Shown one piece after another: positions 33,932-37,562 of a DNA stretch of 37,562 nucleotides (its first letter is position 1; each line of letters begins with the position of its first letter). The notes under the pieces were generated by a model, which did no database searches, was not told where the DNA came from, and saw only the letters and a program-made list of their open reading frames with translations. A program made the position numbers and the translations under genes. This DNA comes from a virus (Duplodnaviria > Caudoviricetes), in the IMG/VR virus record IMGVR_UViG_3300048074_000026, positions 1 through 37,562 of that record, one strand, 5' to 3'.

Positions 33932-35464
33932 ATGACGACAAATCACCATACCCCCATCACGTCTGGAGCCGCGGCGAATGCGTCCACGTTCAACGCGCCG
34001 CTGTCTGAGTTGGACACTGAAGTTACCGCCCAGGCGGCGCGTGTTTCCGACCTGGAGGCAGAGTCCATCGAATATAGCGGCATCGCGGCTGAATTTATGA
34101 ACGGGCAGGGCGACTTTGCGGTACCGGCTGGCACAGGCTCGACCAACGGCCACGTGATCCAGGAAGACGGCGTCGACAAAACGCAGCGCGCCAAGCTGAA
34201 TTTCACGGGCACGGGTGTGGCCGTGGTCGACGGGGCCAGCGCGACCGAAGTGCAGATCAACACGGGCGGGCACACGATCCAGGATGAGGGTGTCAACGTG
34301 ACCGACCGCGCCATCCTGAACTTTGCAGGCGCAGGCGTGACGGTGACCGACAGCGGCGGGGCCAAAACTCTGGTGACCATCCCGGGCGGCATTACAGATC
34401 ACGGCGCCCTGGCCGGTCTTGCGGACGACGATCACCCGCAATATCTGAAGGTCGCAGATTACGTGCCGACGCAGACGCCAAACATCCTGATCAATGGCGG
34501 CTTTGATTTTTACCAGCGCCAGGTTCCGACCACGTCGACGAATAATGCCAGCGGCACCTACCAGGCCGACCGCTGGAAAATGCAATTTGACACCTACTCG
34601 ATCTACACGCGGCGCTACGATGGCCTGGCAGAGTCCGCGCTGACCTGCGCAAACTACGGAGCGTACACGCACCAGGCAGGCGGTGGCAAAAAGTTCATTC
34701 TCTACCAGACGGTCGAGTCCATCAACTCAGTCCCGTTGCGCGGGAAAACCGTGATATTCCAGATCAAGGCCAAAGTCTCGGTTGCAAAATCGCTGCGCAT
34801 TGGCATCCTGGAGCTTCAAAACAGCGGAGCGATCGATACCATCCCGTCGACACTGGTCACGGCTTGGAACGCTGCGGGCACCGATCCGACGTTCGGCGCA
34901 AATGTCGCAAAGGTGAATGCGGTAACGGCATCTGTAACCACGAGCTGGCAGACGTTTTCGGTCAGTGTGACGATTCCGGCTACTTCCAAAAATGTTATCT
35001 GCGCGGTGTGGGCCTATAACGATCCGGGCGCCAACGTGGCCTGGTCGTTTGCAGAAGCAGGCCTTTACCTGGGCAGCAGCGTAGTATCCTGGCGGCCTGG
35101 ACCGATCCAGGACGAGTTGATGCGCTGCCTGCGCTATTACGAAAAGACCTACGATAACGACGACGCGCCCGGCACGGCCACCGCGGATGGCGCCATCATC
35201 GCGTACGTGGCTGCGACAGGGAACAAATCCGTTGTGCCTATGTGCCAGTATTTTGCACCAAAACGGACGACGCCCACCGTCGTCTGTTACACAATCGAGG
35301 GTACCGCTAATAATATCGGCGAGTACAACGCAGCTGGAACACTCGTCTCCAACCGGGCACAGGGCATCGTGGCGAGCCAGAAAAACATATTCTATTACAC
35401 TGCCACAAACTGCACCGCAGGAAACACCATGCGGTTCCAGTTCACCATTGATTGTGAGTTGTAA
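33932..35464 (+). CDS. Tail fiber/receptor-binding protein
   Basis: Duplicated GHxIQxxGV...LNFxGxGV module, NILINGGFDFYQR...ADRW carbohydrate-binding-like domain, ELMRCLRYYEK motif. Confidence 0.8.
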   Translation: MTTNHHTPITSGAAANASTFNAPLSELDTEVTAQAARVSDLEAESIEYSGIAAEFMNGQGDFAVPAGTGSTNGHVIQEDGVDKTQRAKLNFTGTGVAVVDGASATEVQINTGGHTIQDEGVNVTDRAILNFAGAGVTVTDSGGAKTLVTIPGGITDHGALAGLADDDHPQYLKVADYVPTQTPNILINGGFDFYQRQVPTTSTNNASGTYQADRWKMQFDTYSIYTRRYDGLAESALTCANYGAYTHQAGGGKKFILYQTVESINSVPLRGKTVIFQIKAKVSVAKSLRIGILELQNSGAIDTIPSTLVTAWNAAGTDPTFGANVAKVNAVTASVTTSWQTFSVSVTIPATSKNVICAVWAYNDPGANVAWSFAEAGLYLGSSVVSWRPGPIQDELMRCLRYYEKTYDNDDAPGTATADGAIIAYVAATGNKSVVPMCQYFAPKRTTPTVVCYTIEGTANNIGEYNAAGTLVSNRAQGIVASQKNIFYYTATNCTAGNTMRFQFTIDCEL

Positions 35465-35472
35465 GGAGAACC

Positions 35473-35796
35473 ATGCCAACACTAACCGGAAAAGTAATCG
35501 CTTCCAGTGGGCTGCCCATCCGGCGCTCTTATCCCAGCGGGACGGAAATCGGGAGGTTGAAATATAACGACCGGGTCGAGGCTTCGGTCGTCGAAGAGGG
35601 CTGGTGGAAGTTGAGCAAGATCACGCGCGGAACCACCAATATCCCGCTGCCTGGTCCCGTGTGCTGGGCTAACGGGAAATCCATTGCTCAGGTGACCACG
35701 CCTCCCCCGCCTCCGCCTGACACTGAACCGAAGATCGTCATTATTCTGGCGACATACGACGACGGTACCGAACAGGTCTTCGAGCCGCAGGCCTGA
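35473..35796 (+). CDS. SH3b-like domain protein with poly-Pro linker
   Basis: GLPIRRSYPSGTEIGRLKYNDRVEA...GWWKL...WA pattern. RBS AAGGAG. Confidence 0.6.
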   Translation: MPTLTGKVIASSGLPIRRSYPSGTEIGRLKYNDRVEASVVEEGWWKLSKITRGTTNIPLPGPVCWANGKSIAQVTTPPPPPPDTEPKIVIILATYDDGTEQVFEPQA

Positions 35797-35798
35797 CC

Positions 35799-36632
35799 AT
35801 GCAGAGCGATTTATCCTGCCTGATCAGCCGTGATGTAAACGGCGGCCACGATTGCAGACACCGTACGGACCAGGTCCACGACTGGTGCGCGCGCTGTCAA
35901 ATTAGATATCTGGTTCATGCCGAGCTTTTGACGATACGTTATCCGAACGGCGAAAGTGAGATCTTCGCGCCGAAAGTCACTCCGCCCCCACCTCCTCCAA
36001 CGACTGGAGTTTTCCGCAAGCTCCTGCGGCTGTGGGATGTGGAAGGCCCCAACCCGCAGGGCGATACCGACCAGGAAGGCGTGTGCTGGACGCGGCAGGC
36101 GGGGAACTGCTCGGGCGTGCAGAACTTCTATTGGTTGGACGATCCACGGGAACGTGAGCTGATCCGCCGCGTTAACACAGGCATCGACGATATACCCTGG
36201 GATGAAAAACTACACTGGGCCGTCTGGGACGTGGCAGGCGGGCTTTATCGGGCAGAACAGCGCATGCGGATGGATATCCCCTGGAAGGATACCAGCCTGG
36301 TCATGGGGTCAAAATCTGCGCTGGCTGGCGAGTACAACCAGGTGCGTGTGTTGAGCGACATCGATGGATATACCGATATCGAGACCATCCCCGTTCTGAA
36401 CAGCTACGATCACCTCTCGGTGGCCACGCATCCGCATTTATTCCATCGCGTCTACGTGACCAATCTCAAAGGCGTAACCTACGACACTCCGCATGGGATA
36501 TTTTACAAGCCGCTCTTCGACCCAAGAGGCCGCCGCCGCGCCGCAGGTAACATCACTGGATTTTATGTGCGCAACCGCTTTCTGGGCGATACGTGGACGG
36601 TCATATCAGGCCTTGTGTCTTCGCGGACATGA
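35799..36632 (+). CDS. Hypothetical protein with poly-Pro linker
   Basis: 277-aa ORF converging on int. No recognised catalytic motif. Confidence 0.6.
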   Translation: MQSDLSCLISRDVNGGHDCRHRTDQVHDWCARCQIRYLVHAELLTIRYPNGESEIFAPKVTPPPPPPTTGVFRKLLRLWDVEGPNPQGDTDQEGVCWTRQAGNCSGVQNFYWLDDPRERELIRRVNTGIDDIPWDEKLHWAVWDVAGGLYRAEQRMRMDIPWKDTSLVMGSKSALAGEYNQVRVLSDIDGYTDIETIPVLNSYDHLSVATHPHLFHRVYVTNLKGVTYDTPHGIFYKPLFDPRGRRRAAGNITGFYVRNRFLGDTWTVISGLVSSRT

Positions 36633-37562
36633 GCAGTTCCAGTAGTTTGGATAAATCGCCAGTCTCTGCGTGCCCGAGGCTGGCGATCCTTGATTTAACA
36701 TCGCCGCTGACGTAACGTCCATAGAGGGCGTCGGTGATGACGACAGAGTCGTGCATCATGTTCTGCGAAATGGCTTTGACATCTGCGATGGTGGCGGCTT
36801 GCTGAATGGCGTAGACGGCGTGGCCGTGCCTGAGTTTGTGCGGGGAGAGGTAGGGCAGGCCCGCGCGGTCGCACAGGGCGCGCAGATCGTCGCTGATGAC
36901 GTGGCCGCGGCCGACGACGGCGATGGGGGTGTCGACCAGGCGCAGGCCGTCGCGGGCGATGTTGGCGTACCACATCGAGTCGGGAGAGTCGCCGCGCACG
37001 CGGGCGTCCCAGGCGGCGACGACGTCGTACAGGTCGGGGATGTCGAGCAGGTAGGTCAGCGCGGCTTTGTGGTTCTTGGTGCGCACGCCCAACTCGGGCA
37101 GCTGGCGGATGGTGCGCTCAGCGAGATCCACGCATTTCAGCGGCAGGCTGGCCAGGGCATCGGAGCGCATGGCGCTCAGGAACATCATGGCCACGGCGGC
37201 CTGGGCGCGCTCCTCGCGCAGTGTTTCTACGGAAACGGCCAGCAGGGCGCGCACGGCCTCCAGGCTGTAGTATTGGTGGTCGACCAGGCGCGAGGCCAGC
37301 GAGGCGCGGCGCGGGGGCTGGAGGTATTCGATCCAGCTCTCGGAAAGGGCCTTGTAGCGCGGCCATTCGGTGCGGGCGAAGGTAAAAAAATCGCGCACGG
37401 TTTGCAGGGTCTTGGTGATGGTGACGGGGGAGAGTGTCTGGTCGGGCTGCTTGAGGCTGCGGCGTGTGACCAGGTAGGCGGGCAGGGTGGGGTCGATGCG
37501 GCGGGCGTCGCTCAGCAGGGTGGAGTCTGCCCATTCCAGCAGGTGGCGCATTTGGCCGCGGT
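36601..37562 (-). CDS. int: Phage tyrosine integrase, catalytic part
   Basis: Tyrosine recombinase residues: SAMR (R), RTK (K), HKLRH (HxxR), MMH (H), ALY (Y). Confidence 0.9.
   Translation of the reverse strand, partial: RGQMRHLLEWADSTLLSDARRIDPTLPAYLVTRRSLKQPDQTLSPVTITKTLQTVRDFFTFARTEWPRYKALSESWIEYLQPPRRASLASRLVDHQYYSLEAVRALLAVSVETLREERAQAAVAMMFLSAMRSDALASLPLKCVDLAERTIRQLPELGVRTKNHKAALTYLLDIPDLYDVVAAWDARVRGDSPDSMWYANIARDGLRLVDTPIAVVGRGHVISDDLRALCDRAGLPYLSPHKLRHGHAVYAIQQAATIADVKAISQNMMHDSVVITDALYGRYVSGDVKSRIASLGHAETGDLSKLLELLMSAKTQGLI
37137..37562. repeat. Terminal direct repeat, right copy (matches 1-426)
   Basis: Starts tcagcggcaggctggccagg and ends tttggccgcggt, as in 1-426. Confidence 0.97.

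Larger units (their letters stand above)
1..37562. mobile_element. Complete temperate siphovirus genome (HK97-type head, long non-contractile tail), excised/circular form, about 37,136 bp unique
   Basis: Full set of integration, immunity, replication, packaging, head and tail modules in canonical order. Terminal 426-bp overlap and an uninterrupted attP. Confidence 0.95.

Noticed and set aside
36539-36560. CGCCGCAGGTAAC resembling an attC right arm
   Set aside because: No GTT core at the expected distance, no matching left arm, and it lies inside a coding region.
33932-36632. Diversity-generating retroelement or invertible tail-fiber system
   Set aside because: No reverse transcriptase, no template/variable repeat pair, and no invertase with inverted crossover sites recognised.

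Overview
The window reads as one complete temperate siphovirus genome of about 37,136 bp. Positions 1-426 repeat at 37137-37562 with 5 mismatches, which I interpret as a circular-assembly overlap. Gene order: tyrosine integrase (spanning the junction), excisionase-like gene, attP (3' half of a tRNA-Pro), leftward repressor operon with membrane/lipoprotein accessory genes, then a rightward early operon (ParB-like protein, an FtsK/TraB-like ATPase module, replication initiator, DnaC-like loader, Cas4-like nuclease). The late region has HNH, TerS, TerL, HK97-type portal, Clp protease, capsid, head-tail and long non-contractile tail genes. A Chloroflexota-like host is inferred only from attC style and the Ala/Thr-rich lipoproteins. 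Main finding: between TerL and portal sits an apparently intact integron. It has an IntI-family integrase, an attI-like site just 3' of intI, and one 758-bp cassette with a canonical attC that carries its own promoter/operator and three small unknown ORFs. Other unexplained structure: a TraB/clt/Spd-like DNA-transfer module with 8-bp direct repeats, six dispersed parS-like 16-bp palindromes, a late-leader element present once on each side of the terminase-integron block, a pseudoknot-capable intI leader, a tRNA-like RNA, and no recognisable endolysin. All product calls come from motif recognition and synteny by eye; no database searches were run.
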